From positions 1,984,001 to 2,048,000 of the forward strand of contig CM120643.1 in assembly GCA_051362555.1 (NCBI GenBank): a DNA stretch of 64,000 nucleotides, in the 5' to 3' direction. The notes beneath the pieces are model-generated. The model was not told where the DNA came from and did no database searches. It saw only the letters and a program-made list of their open reading frames with translations. Position numbers and translations under genes: made by a program. This document shows, piece by piece, positions 24,401 to 36,810 of this stretch; within the stretch, counting starts at the first letter, position 1; each line of letters opens with the position of its first letter. This DNA comes from Lingula anatina. Its lineage: Eukaryota > Animalia > Brachiopoda.

Positions 24401-27400
24401 CCCCAGTTGCTCGAGAAGTTGTGGTTTCTTTCAGTTAATCGGATTGAACTCAGCGAGACTCCTTGCGAAGTTGAATTGATCTACAAAGAAAGAAAGTTTA
24501 ATAAGAAATGAACTATTTTTTGGTGGGTGTATGCGCAATTGACCAATAGATATGATTTAAGCATACACCTTCAAATCTAGTCCCTTAGAAAACGCCAAGG
24601 TCACATTATAGCCTCATTATCGACAATATAGGCCTGCCTTATGGTAAGAAGGTATACATTGTTACGAAAGGACAAAGAGTTATGCTTTTTACTGACGACT
24701 TACGAAAAGTAAGCACATTTAATGTGGTTAACGACCTTTAGTATTTAATACTTTATACATCTTTAACAAAATCTATAAATAAATAATACACTAGCAAAAA
24801 TGAAAATGTTTTGAAACAATATCGAAGGACACCTTATAGACAAATTTGGATAGTCGCTGTGCAGCCTCCAGCCGGAGTGTCCTTTCTCTTTCCGCCTGTG
24901 AGTGCAAACGTCTGAATAGACTAAGAATGGGTTCCCATGGCTAGATCTATCCAACTTCGACCTAACTCCATGGGGATTCACGCTAAATCCTATTAACTTT
25001 AGGGGCTTAAATGTCTGACACGCCTACCGAATTGGCTAGTGGGTACTAAACTTTCGTTTACGTTCGGCTTACGGAAGATAATTACCCCCTAACAACATTA
25101 GTAGTCGTGACAGATATTTATACGCTTGTTAGTGAGAATCCCCGAGGAGATAGATCGATCCAAAGTTAGTGCGATAATCTCTGGGAATGGTCCCTAAGTG
25201 GCCACATATGATTTGATTTGATTTGAATGACATTGTTGAGTACAGAATTATACAAAATTTATCGTGTGACTGTGTAAGATTGATCAGAGTGACACAAAAA
25301 CTAAGTGAACACCTGGGCGGTTGTCATGGTCCTCTTTCAAATCCTCTTAATTCTGTAAAATGCTAGCAAGGGCTTCAAGCGGATTACTTCTTTTGGATAT
25401 CCCCCTTTTTTATGTACAAACACAGATGTCTCTGTACATATAGCCGTCACTTGCGTCTGTCGTCCCCGTCGTCGTCGTTGCCGTGCACTTTCAACGATAA
25501 CTCGATAAGCGGAAAACCGTTTTACATTTTGTCTTTAAACTTGCAAAACTGTTGAATATTCATAAAACGCAGGTCGAGATGGAAAATCAGCATGATTGTT
25601 TTTTTTTTTTTAAAGTTATGCTGTTTTTTAGCTTTTTTTCAGCGTGCATGCAACATTGATAACATATTTTAAGGAAAAGCGATTGGACTATTGTCTTGAA
25701 AGTCACAAGAATGATTTGTTTTATTAAAATACAGGTCAAGTCTGAAAATCAGCTTGGGCTGACGATTGTACAAAAGTTATGTTGTTCTTTTTTGTTTTTT
25801 CAGCATATTTTATCCACCATTATACAGATAGAATGACAAGCGTGTCATATTTTGCTTTAAAACTTGAGGGTCTGATATAAAGGACTAATATACCGATCAA
25901 GTTTAAAAATTAGCTTGATAGGTTCAGTTTTAATGAAGTTATGACTTCTTCGTATTTAAGTGTTTTTTTCCTCAAATTAATTTCTTAGGCATGTTAACAG
26001 TCAAATAATGGAACTTATTAGATACTAAAAATTGTTTTTTTTTACATTTTCTGCATCTTAACAATATTATTAGTTGATTATATAAAAATAATGGTAAACT
26101 TTGCACCATGTTTTGTGTAATTGAGTGTAAACAATGACATTAAACTTAAAGCATCGCAGTTTGTCAGATTCAGTCCTTCGCTATGTTCAGAATCTCAAAA
26201 TGGAGCAAATTTGACATTTAAAACCGTTATATTGATATTTTCCCATCCCAACAATGTTGATCACATAAAATGAGAGTAAGTTAATCATTTTGTTTTATGT
26301 AAAAACGTTTTGAATATATGAAAATAAACCTATTTCAGTACATTTATCTCTTGTTTACATTTTGGCATTTTCAAGATGCGATTTAAAGTTCCATGGGTCT
26401 GAAGACCTTTGCTAATCTTGTTTTCTAAATATCCCCGTTATCTGCTGCAGTACATAATACAGGTTTGGTGGTGACTATGTTGTTAAACATTATGTAATAT
26501 TGCATCAAAATTGAAGATTTTGGGCACTGTCTCCATACTCACAATTTAAGGAAAAACATGTCCACTACTCTTCTCAAACTTACAGGAAAAATACAGCTTC
26601 ACTTAGAAATCTAGTCTGATTGGCTACTTTTTCTGAAAGTTATAGAGTTGTTTTATGAAAATTTAATCTTTCACACATCAGCATTTCAGGATGTGATTTT
26701 GAACTTCGATGGGCTTGAAGCCCTTTGCTAGTCACATTTTCTGACTGTCCATGATACTTATTTGAAAATTGATGGGATAACGCTGTTAGGCACTGTGTTA
26801 TAGTGAATCAAAATTAAAAATAAAAAACTTTTTGTGCACTGCTTCACTTCATATTCTGGTATGTTCAAAGTATGCACTTGTACTCTCATGGGACTGAAGC
26901 CATATGCTTGTTATACATTGTACTTTCATTGGTTACATCGTTTGACTTTGCAATTAAGCATAATGTATTATTGCATCAGAATTGACAGTATCCAATTGTG
27001 TGCATTATTATTTTCTGCTTTTTATCTGACATTTGTCAGCTTTGCTGTCTTGATTTTTTTCTTTTTTTTTTTTGGTAGTGTCTTTTTCAATTCCGCTGTT
27101 AGTACGGGATGTTTTGAAACGGATTGTCGTTGACCCGAGTCGCTCTTTTGACACCACTTTTTATACCATAGGTCACTCGGTTACTTAAATAAAGACGTTT
27201 TGTCTTTTTTTTTCAATCATTTAATGGTGACGTTGTACCTTTTGTGCACTTTTTATGGGTGTACTGGCATGTATCCAAATTATAGTATTAGTGTTCCTTC
27301 ATTATTCAAGTTGCCCCTGTCCATTTCAGCGCCAATCCCGGCTTGTGAATGCCATGCGCATGGTGATGTCCGCTATGTTACGTGTGATGGGAAAGTCTTC

Positions 27401-28611
27401 AGATATAACACCCTGCCCACCGATATAGGTATAATGGTAAAGCCTAATATGAGCTGGCTTTGGTATGTACAAACGGAACACGAATTTTTTAGTGGTAAAC
27501 AGACTCGCCTGGCAGGAGTGAAATTAAAGGCACTTTTTCACTACGCGAAAATTGAGTACAAAAAGACTGCGAATAAAAATGGACTGTTTAGAATAGAGGT
27601 AAGTTTAACCGCTCTCTTTCTCTGTCTTCCCTCTCTCCCTATCTCAGGCCACTTAGTATGCTTCCAATATGTAAGGACTTTGTTTGGATCCCGTGAGCAA
27701 TTCAGCTTCATTAAAATTGGTACTCCATGCATCTATTGTTGTTACATAAAAGACACTGAAAACGATGTCCAGCGTTTTCTTCTTATTACCTCCTACAGCG
27801 GAGGAGGTCGTTTTTGTCACCGTTGTTGGGTTTGCCATCGTTTGCACTCAGTTCAGCTGATCGATTTTGTTTGTTCGTTTGTTTGAATGCCAAGCGCATA
27901 AAAAGAAATTAACGGATTTTGATGAATTTTTCGGAATAGATCACAAATAGCATAAGGAAGTAATGATTAGAATTTGGTAATGAACCAGTAGTGAATAAAT
28001 ATTAATGAATGAATATATTAATTATGTACGGATTTTAATGAATTTTTTACTGGATAGGTAAGAAATTGGCCACTTTCATAAAATTTGTTAGAGAGGTCAG
28101 AAATGGACAAAAAAGAAATGAGAAGATTTGGTGATGATCCATTAATTAATTCATGAATTAATTATAACTTTTTATACGTCATCTGAGCCGTTATCTAGTA
28201 ATAAATATAACGGTTATTATAATGGTAAGATAACAATATCGGGGGTTTATGTCATTGCAGGTCGGAAAAGAATCTGATCCTGATAACCCTATATGGGAAC
28301 ATGAAGTAAATCTCAACCTCGGTGCTTTACTTCTTCCTTTTGAATTATTGAACAAGTTCGGTTTTGAGATCTCCATAATTGCGAAGGATGGCAGACCGTG
28401 CATTGAGGTTCGTTCCACGCTCTTGCCAGCAGTCCTGTTTGAGTTTAAGATACATGCGTTACGACATTGTCTCCAGATTACCATTCCTCCGATCTGGTCT
28501 GGCTTCATGGAAGGGATATGTGGAGATTGGGACGGAAATCCAGGGAACGATGTAGTGATTCTTGACAGCTGGCCACAGGTTATGCCAATACCGTTTAGGG
28601 GATTCCCTTAA
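18457..28611 (+). CDS. Secreted single-VWD-domain protein, gene 2; join(18457..18637,27330..27598,28261..28611), 266 aa
   Basis: Signal peptide MTGQGGMAVLLIIALTKVTSVTG and canonical GT-AG sites with phases 1/0, giving an 801 nt open frame. Motifs CECHAHGDVRYVTCDG and MEGICGDWDGNPGND. Intron 1 is 8.7 kb and rich in transposons. Confidence 0.85.
18840..20035 (-). mobile_element. Decayed CR1/L2-group LINE reverse transcriptase fragment in gene 2 intron 1
   Basis: Minus-strand peptides DLRPISLTPVLSKILESFV, QFG...STTHALL, DFSKAFDRIDH, GVPQGT, LNVKKTK, LLGVTL...LKW and LETVQRRALRII, with frameshifts. Confidence 0.85.
20421..20518 (-). pseudogene. Inverted fragment of VWD exon 3 end / stop / 3'UTR donor inside gene 2 intron 1
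   Basis: The reverse complement reads ...gcaccgtgcAGGGGATTCCCTgAACGGCAAACGACGCCGATGgcGTAAGT, which matches the gene 2 stop region at 38 of 41 nt. Confidence 0.85.
20522..24250. mobile_element. 3.7 kb DNA transposon with ~570 bp TIRs, TAG termini and 3-bp TTT TSD (Academ-like)
   Basis: Ends are TAGTCTAGTG...CACTAGACTA and the arms at about 20522-21099 and 23682-24250 are inverted copies. The empty site in gene 3 (ctccaTTTaggag, about 38882-38894) fixes the TSD as TTT. The superfamily is inferred from the termini and TSD only. Confidence 0.85.
22060..23075 (+). pseudogene. Frameshifted Tc1-family (DD34E) transposase
   Basis: HTH IARQLHVSQGAVS, RPKVTT.REDR, FTDE, GNLN, LQDDNARPH and LPWP..SPD.N.IENLW. 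There are 34 residues between D and E after removing a 1-nt insertion. Multiple stops and frameshifts. Confidence 0.9.
25360..26915 (+). mobile_element. Helentron/HINE-like element with internal tandem repeats
   Basis: GTC microsatellite near the 5' end and repeated GTCAAG..TGAAAATCAGC...AAAGTTATG units. Repeated CATGGG.CTGAAG.C.TTGCT units occur, with one inverted copy at about 25362-25380. The gene 3 counterpart (39590-40505) has a different subset of units. Confidence 0.5.
27783..28197 (+). mobile_element. HINE/DINE-like element in gene 2 intron 2 (copy in gene 3 at about 41410-41843)
   Basis: TTATTACCTCC...GGAGG hairpin, (GTTT)n, and internal ACGGATTTT..TGAATTTTT / ATTTGGT.ATGA repeats. 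Confidence 0.5.
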
Positions 28612-31600
28612 CGGCAAACGACGCCGATGATGTAAGTGGATTGCATTTTTACTGGGATATATATAAATTATACCCACGATCTCTCCCTCTCTTTCACACA
28701 CAAACACACACACACGTGCCTTCCCTCAGAAAACGTTTTTCCTAAAAAAAAATTTTTACATCTGACTAATCAGATTTAGAAATATTAATAATGTTTCCTG
28801 ATTTTTCAGCCTTTTGTTCTCTCTTATATTTATTTATACGGCAAACGGCATATATATATATATATATATTGTCTCTACTGATATCACGGCAGCAAAAATA
28901 TAATATTTTTCTCTTCAAACCAGGATGATACTCGATCAGCCATGGCGTGATGACCAAAGAGCGACTATAACCAACTCTGTACATACTGTGTCTTCTTTTT
29001 CCAGTCATTGATGTTCATGTGGAACACGAGAAGCGCTGGACGCCATTTAATGTTTCACAGCCATTGACTTAGAGTACTTTACGGACCATGTTACTTGCAC
29101 TTTCAAAAACCTATTCCCGTGAAATCGTTCTATCTTTTGACTTCCAGAAATGAGTAAAACTGATTATTTGACTCATTTATTGTTCTTTGGTGAACGTCCA
29201 TGTGAGAGTAAAAAATCGACTAAAGGAACGGAATCATGGACAATGGAACTGAAATTTGTGGGGGTGCACGCTACTCTTTTGGTTCTACGATAACTATTCT
29301 ATTTTTTTTTGTTTGTTTTTATTTTGACATTGGTCGAAGTGCAAATTCTTGCATGTGGGTTTTTGTAAATAGATTGAATCAAACATTTTGCAGTAACAAG
29401 TGTATGGCATTATTTCGGGGATGTTAACAAGTATGGAGAAATCTGTGAACACAAGATTAATCATAGCAGAGAAAATCATATTTAGCACTTAAAACAATTG
29501 CAATATGTCGCAAAAGAATAAGAGTAATTCCAGTACTTTTTATAATTTTCACAAGTCTTGGTTAGTGGTGAAGTACAGTAGAAACGTGATGTAATGACAA
29601 TAGCTTCAAAATTTATTTGTATTTTAAATTTTTGATTTATATTTCTCTTCAATTCATTTCGCTGTGCTTGTAGCTTTAAAATCGTTATTAAATGATATCA
29701 TCGATATCAAATATCTGTAGTTTGTTTTATTATGTTTAAGGGAAATAAGGTATTCCGTTTTTTAGGTAAGAAAGGGCTAGGATACAACATTATGTCAGAT
29801 CTTAGCGGACGGGAGGGTGTTTACAAGTATGAAATATTACAAACAGACGACAGGAATAACACCACAATCTGACGGATTAATGCTTCTTTTTGTCGTTAAT
29901 TTCCCCTTTAAAAGAGGAAGAAGAGATATCTCATAAGCTGACGGCAGGGCACGTGCCCACTGCCCCTTCCTGACGATGTTTTTATAATTTATAAATAAAT
30001 TACACGGTACGCGGCTATTTAAGGGCTAATACCAAAATCAAATAAAAATAGTTCAAGTTCAAAAAGTAAACATTTTAAGCCTCATTTTAAGGCATACCTT
30101 TGATGAAATCATCCTAAAAAAGAAAATTTTAGTATAAAAAAAGTACACACACACACAAAAAAAAAAAAAGAACGAAGATAATAGCCCAAATTCACCCCTC
30201 CCCATTTTCCACCATGATTTATGTATGTAATTTCTACATGAGATAATTTATTTTATTTTTCCAATATTTAAGCATGCCACCTCCCCCCCCAAATACTTTC
30301 AACTAGTTGTTTTTTGTGGTGTACGTAACGCGCGTAAGTAAGTTGTCATCGGGAATAAGAAAGAAACACGCTTATAGATGACAGGTTCTGCAATCGGTCA
30401 GCACGGTCAAATTAAAACAAATGTCTGTTGGCTGCAAATAACCCACTCCCCGTCCTCTGTATGTAAACCAGACTGGACTTTCAGTACCACATGGCATTGG
30501 GAGTAGGGGTGCTGTCCGTCACCGCCCACCCCTCGTTTCCCCTCCGCGCCCCGTTCTACCGCATGAAATAAACTGGCACAGAAATACAATAACACGCATA
30601 CACATATCTCAGTGTTTTAAATCAAATAAGTTTTTATTTTACTCTCGCTGATAATTAATTGAAACAGCTGTGTGTACGGAGTCTTGGCAAGAATTGTGGC
30701 ATACACGCAGCGGCAGCCATTGCGTTATATGAGACATAGAAAACTAAATCTGCATCTGCGATAACCCTTGCTAAAATACCAGCACACACAGCAACAGTTA
30801 AAATCTTAATTTTCTTAATAAACCGACGATAATTTTGCAGTTGTGCTGTTTGCTGGCGGCGACTGCCTTTGGTATTGGAGTCCCTATAACCTTTGCCCAC
30901 TTTGTTGTCCAACTGCTGCTATTTCCCCCCAGATCCCCCAGTGAATATCCCACAAGCGGCATAAGTTAACCCTGTCAAACCTTTGTCAAATCTGAATCAT
31001 ATTGGAACATCATTGCCTTTAACTTTCAAGTTTGTTCCCACGCCGCCTTTTCCCACGTCATTTTTATCTCTTCCTCATGCAATCTCTTTCGGCCCTCTCT
31101 CCATTTACATTACTTTCTCCTAAACAGTACCAACACTGTATAACATTAATCACAAACAACATACATGTATAAAGTGCATATGGACGCAGCGCTCGAGTTT
31201 TATTTCAAGCCATCCTCAATCATAAATTAAATAAAGAAATCATAAACACGAGGAGACCCTCTCCTCAATAACATCTGTATCATTTCTGCCTTTTATATAG
31301 AATAAGGAATCACTAGGATATCACATCCCCAGCAGCTCATCTTTCCTTACCTAGGGGATCACCGGGATATCACATCCCGAACATATTTTCCGAGCTCATT
31401 TCTCTTGTAAATAGGAAAACACGGGGAAACCACCATCAAAACCATTAATCTTATATATTCATGAACATAAATGTGCCCCAACTTGTAGGCCTACTAGCAA
31501 TATCTGAAAAGTAAACAACATAAAAATATCGTAATTCATACTTTAGAACATAAACCAACAGACACACATGCCCCCCCCCCCACACACTTACACACACAAA

Positions 31601-31614
31601 TGCTTGCATTGTAA

Positions 31615-31652
<38 letters not shown>

Positions 31653-31983
31653 AAAATAATCTGTGCCAGAAAGGCACTAAATCAGACGGACGTTGCCTGA
31701 CAGATTATTGTGTCAGACGGTGCGCTCCGCACAGTTTTATAGAGTTATGCCTAGGCAGTGGGAAGATAATGGCCGTAGTTTGAATTTGATTATAACCGTT
31801 AAAAGTATGTTTTGAAAGCATTTTATAGCCTTCGGCAAGTTCGTTATGTGTGCCAGGTATCATTTTTGTCAAAAACACTACATCACATAACACGTTTTGC
31901 TGACCCAGTGGCAACGTGGCACCCAAACACGGCGGAGTCGGTTCGATTCTCATTCAGTCCCGTTTGTTTCTTTAATTTTTTAA

Positions 31984-32034
<51 letters not shown>

Positions 32035-32133
32035 ACCCTTTACCATGGTTCACTGACTGATGTGACGGGTATCATCTGGTAAAATGTGTATTGTAAATGC
32101 TAACTGGTGGGTGTGCAGAAACGTTAAACATTA

Positions 32134-33302
32134 GGGGAGGGTGGGACTAGTCCGCCCTCGGGGCAAGTCCGCACACCCCCCATATATCGAAAGTGAAATG
32201 TTGAATCACGCCCTCCGCCAATTTGAGAAGTCACATTGTATGTGGAAGGGCGCTAAAGTAAACATCGCGGCCTGTAAAACCACGTTGTGTTCCTCGTCAG
32301 TCAAAACTACATGTTAATTATTGTCTAATTTTGTCGACAGAGTATAGATTTGCAGTGAGTCATTATATGTATGTTATACAGGGGGTATGGCCTTATCTGC
32401 GACATATTATTGGTTTGCATACGTATTGCAAATATTATGCAATCACGTGTTTAACAAAAAAAAGTCCTATTGGGGCAAGTCCGCTATTTGCACGGGGCTG
32501 GTTCGCTCCAGGGCGGACTTGCCTCATTACATAAAACCTCTTGTTAAAGATATTTTCCGATGAAAGTTGACGTTTTTTAAGGATTTATTTTTGACGGGTA
32601 TTCTCAGAGTATTGGCATGGTGATATTACAGTGTGGCAGATTTAGAGGGGGCGGGTCAGGGGGGTCCTGACCTCCCCCCTTCGATTTCTGGTCCCCTCTT
32701 GAAATGAGTATTCTGACTAGCTGAATCATAGTTCTAAACCGTACCAAATGGCACCGTTCGCCCTCTAAAGTACTAAAGATTTTCGGGCCCCGTGTGTAGG
32801 GGGGAGGGGAGGGGGCCTCGCATCCGAAGACCCCCCCCTTCAAATAAACTGATGGATATAGAAAAGCTGTCCAAGAGAATGTAGATGATTTGTTGTTGAT
32901 AACTGATTTGTTGTTGATAATTTTAATAAACATTTTGATATTTTGGTCAAAACTGCTGTGTTTTCATTGGTGCTGTCGTCTTTAACATTAGTGGCTGCAT
33001 AAGTTGCTGCTGTTACTCGGTCTTACTGATAAAAATGCACAATGTTGGACAAAAGCACATTTTCTTATGGATTCTAGTATGTGTGTGGACTTGCCCCGGG
33101 ATGGGGCACGTTCGCACACTTGGACTAGACCTTTTAAAACTTAATTTACTCTCATATAATTTATAGTGGACGCCAGATACTTATCTATAAGAAAGGCATT
33201 TAAATAACCTTCCTTCTGACAAATTTCTCGGAGCCTGACGATAATAGTATGTCTCTCATGCGAATTTTTATGAAAATGGTGCGGACTAGCCCCACCCTCC
33301 CC
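32134..33302. mobile_element. Second copy of the TA-TSD TIR element (duplicated with unit B)
   Basis: Same TIRs and flanks as 12298-13395. The nested MITE is about 85 bp longer. Confidence 0.8.
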
Positions 33303-36300
33303 TACTCAGAAAAAAAAAAATACTTGAAATGCCTTGAGTTAGGAGGAGAATACTTTTACAAAAATGTTGCTTCAGTTTCTGTCAGATAGTGTCTGTGGCT
33401 GTTAGGCTGTAATTGGGACATTCTGGTTTGTAAACCTGACATCATTCTTCCTAGTGACAGTATGCAGACAGGGGACAATGCAGCATTCTCATCTGTCGTC
33501 ATTTTGTATGTACGGCGGACTTTTGGGTGAGGTTATCCCACTTATATTATGTGCATGTATTTGCACGTTACACCATTCAATTCAAGGAAACAAGACAAGC
33601 ATGTTATATTTGTTTGAGAAATTATACGGTTATAGCGCAATTTATGACATTCTTATGTATGTATTATGGTGTAATATTGACCGCAAACCCATTTGTCAGA
33701 TTGCTAAATTATTCATGGAAAGTTGCTATATTCTGATGCTAAGCAGTTTCTGTAAAAATCTAGATTTACTGGTGAATCCTTTTAAGAAAAGATTTTGATG
33801 TGTTACATCTCTCTAATTTATCTGAACGTCAAGTGAAACATTTGAAGAATTTACCAGCAGAAGACAGTCGATTTCTGACAAACTGATACCTGCTTCACAG
33901 ATATTATACATCATACAATATAAGAGCAGCATATTACACCAGCGCGTAGCTGCTCAGACATTTCTCATTGACCACAAATATGTTAAGACAGTAGCAGGTT
34001 GCTCATATGGCTTAATGCATCACTGTACAGAGCTGTTCCTTTTCATCTATTCTGTATCAACAATGAAGAGTTCTTTGTGATAACAGAGGGTATATTCATG
34101 AAATGAAGTCTGCTGAATGACAACGAGGGTAGCATGAGGCAGAGTAAGTTTTATGTGACTTGCATACACGTACAAGGTAGATGTGTTCACCTATGCTAAA
34201 AGACAGATACTGTGATTAAGTGATGATAATGAAGCAACTCATATGAGAATCAAATGGAAGAAAAACAGGTGTAGAAAGGGATTAAGCAGAAACAAGCTAT
34301 TTTGGTCTCATTTTAACATTATGTTTTTTAGATTTTGATAATCGATCTAAGATGAAAGAAATGTCAGGTTAATCCCAGTTAGTTCCAACATATAAAGTTA
34401 TGACGAAGAAGATAATACTGATGGTAAGGGATTTGTGGAACTAACATATGATGGTGAAAAAGGTCCTGATCATCAAACAAGTTATCGGAAGTTATCATGT
34501 GGAAAGATCGACCGAGGGAATTAAATGCTTATTTTGAAATGCTAAATATAAAAATATTTTTGGAGTATTTTTAGGCCCGTCATATTCTAAAATATCATAT
34601 TCTTTTAAATTACTTAAATGGTTTCAGAAACGTGATTTAAAAGTTGATTTTCCAAAAATGCAGAGTACCATTTGACACGTAAGATGTATTTAATCTCGAA
34701 TTTGATAGAACGTAGAAAAGTGATTTAATTATGTAGCGATTGAGGGTTTTATGGTCAACGTTTACCACAAAAGAAGCTTTCTGGCTCAGTTTTTTCATTA
34801 GATATGCGACGTCTTTGCTATTTCCATCATATTTTACCTCACCTCCCAAACACTAATTAAAATCTTCAGATAAATCAGAATACATTGGAAAAGAGAAATG
34901 GCAACATATGGCGGTTGAAATTAAATTTTTGCCCATCGTGAATTATAATAGCGTGACTGAGAGATGGACAAATCAAAAACCCTCAACGCACTTCTTTCAA
35001 TTGCTTAGACAGCACCATGAAACAGCTTAAACAAGTATAGAATTGGTTCGAAATAGAAAAACAACATTAAGAATATAATAAAAGTTGCATTTCTTAGATT
35101 TGCTTCTACACTTGTATTGATTTTTAAAATCCCCCACCTATTCAGGTACCAGTAGAAAATGTAGTTTAAAGTCAATGTTGGCCTTATCTTGCAGTATGTA
35201 GTATTAGGGACATGAACGACAGGCACTCTTTATTCGTGATATGTGAGGATTTGTAAAATTAAGGCTCAATTATGGCTCAATTTGTGGAATTATGAAGTTT
35301 TATTTTGCAGTTTCTTAATACGACGGCGGATTTACAGAGCGATTCATTCCCGATAATGTATGTATATGTATTCATTGGATAAATGAACCTTTCTCTTATT
35401 TTATTTACATTACGGTCATGGTAACCAAATCGATTTAGAAACACTATTAACTATATACATACAATTTACCAGTGAACTGGGTCTATTTATGAACCCGTGG
35501 CTTTCAAAAGGATGACGAACATTATATTTTGTTCTCACTATTTTCTTAAATATTTATTTTAAAGGTTACTTGAATCTCATTCCATTTTAATAATTTACCT
35601 TTATGTTTCATATATACATGTACGTGTACATTTAGAAATATTACTACATATAAATTATTTTAATCTATGAAATGTGATGAAATTCATACCGTAAAGAGAA
35701 CGATGGCAAAGCACATAACTCTAACTGAACATATAAATGATAAGATGTCACGCATGTGCAGCGTGCGCGTATGGGCGTAATAAGAATTTTAATGGAAAAA
35801 TTAAGCCTTACGAAACCTTCCCACATAATTTTCTGCCTAAGACGGCTGACACCCGCATTAATTAAGCTAGAATGTCTTCAAAAATACTAAATATTTCAAA
35901 CATGAGGTAAAATCACTGACCAAGAATCTATTTCGGGGTTCTTTGTGGTTTAATTAAGAAAGATTTCTCGATTTTAGTGGATGGATGGAAGATTTTCTGA
36001 AGTCTACTTGGGGGAGGGGGAGGCAACAAGACATCAATACTCAAGGATTATTGATGTACATTGTTGATGTGAGTGGACGGGGACAACACTTTTAATGGTC
36101 CCCTCATATGATTATTTATGTCAAATGTCTGGGATGACATTAAGTTAGTAAATCATAACTCATTGAGCAACAGATTTGTTATATTGTGAGGCATTAAAAC
36201 CGGTCGATTGAGAAAGAAAAAACGTGGGGATGGGCTACCTCAAAGACATTACTTTATCATAAAATAGGGTTGACTGGCAAATTTGTACACCTCTATAATA

Positions 36301-36655
36301 TATTGCAGTTTCACCCAGGTCTCAATGTTTAAAGTGTCTTTAATGTCTAGGTTAGTATTGTAGTAGATGAGCAATTTACGACTTAGAATGTATTTATATG
36401 AAACATTTGAACTACATTCAGACCCGTAGCTAGCAATTTTAGAAGGGGGTTCTTTTTCTGAAAAAAAGTGGAACCTCTGTGTGCTTAGATCAAATTTGAC
36501 TAAGAGGAAACCTTTTCCCGGCAAAAAGGGCGGTTTGTTCGAACCTTGAGATGAACCTTGAGATTCTTCTCTCTCTCTCTTACTTTCTTTTATTATTTAT
36601 TTTTATTTGTAAAACCCACAACACTTCTGCATCAAATTACGCACGTTGATAGAAC

Positions 36656-36753
36656 GCGCATGCGCACCCAGTTTGCCAACGAGGAGAAATTGCTGCGTGC
36701 CCACCTTTAAAAGTTGTATAAATAAGAAGAACTGAGGAAAGAGTATCGCAGTT
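36656..36753 (+). promoter_or_regulatory. Core promoter of VWD gene 3 with NRF1/ewg-like palindrome
   Basis: GCGCATGCGC at 36656-36665, TATAAATA from 36717, and GCAGTT with its A at 36750. Confidence 0.55.
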
Positions 36754-36810
36754 GCCTTCTGCTACACATCCCTTCTGCTACGCATTAGGCAAGAAAAGAA
36801 AGTCTTGAAG

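Larger units (their letters stand above)
10440..30290 (+). repeat. Segmental duplication unit A (intergenic blocks + VWD gene 2 + 3' region)
   Basis: Collinear with unit B (30290-44690) and near-identical apart from large indels. Confidence 0.85.

Noticed and set aside
28609-29011. Possible stop-codon readthrough across the 3'UTR intron (open for about 36 codons in gene 2; TAA is GAA in the antisense fragment)
   Set aside because: The frame is not conserved in gene 1 (19 vs 20 nt spacing) and TAA is a poor readthrough codon.
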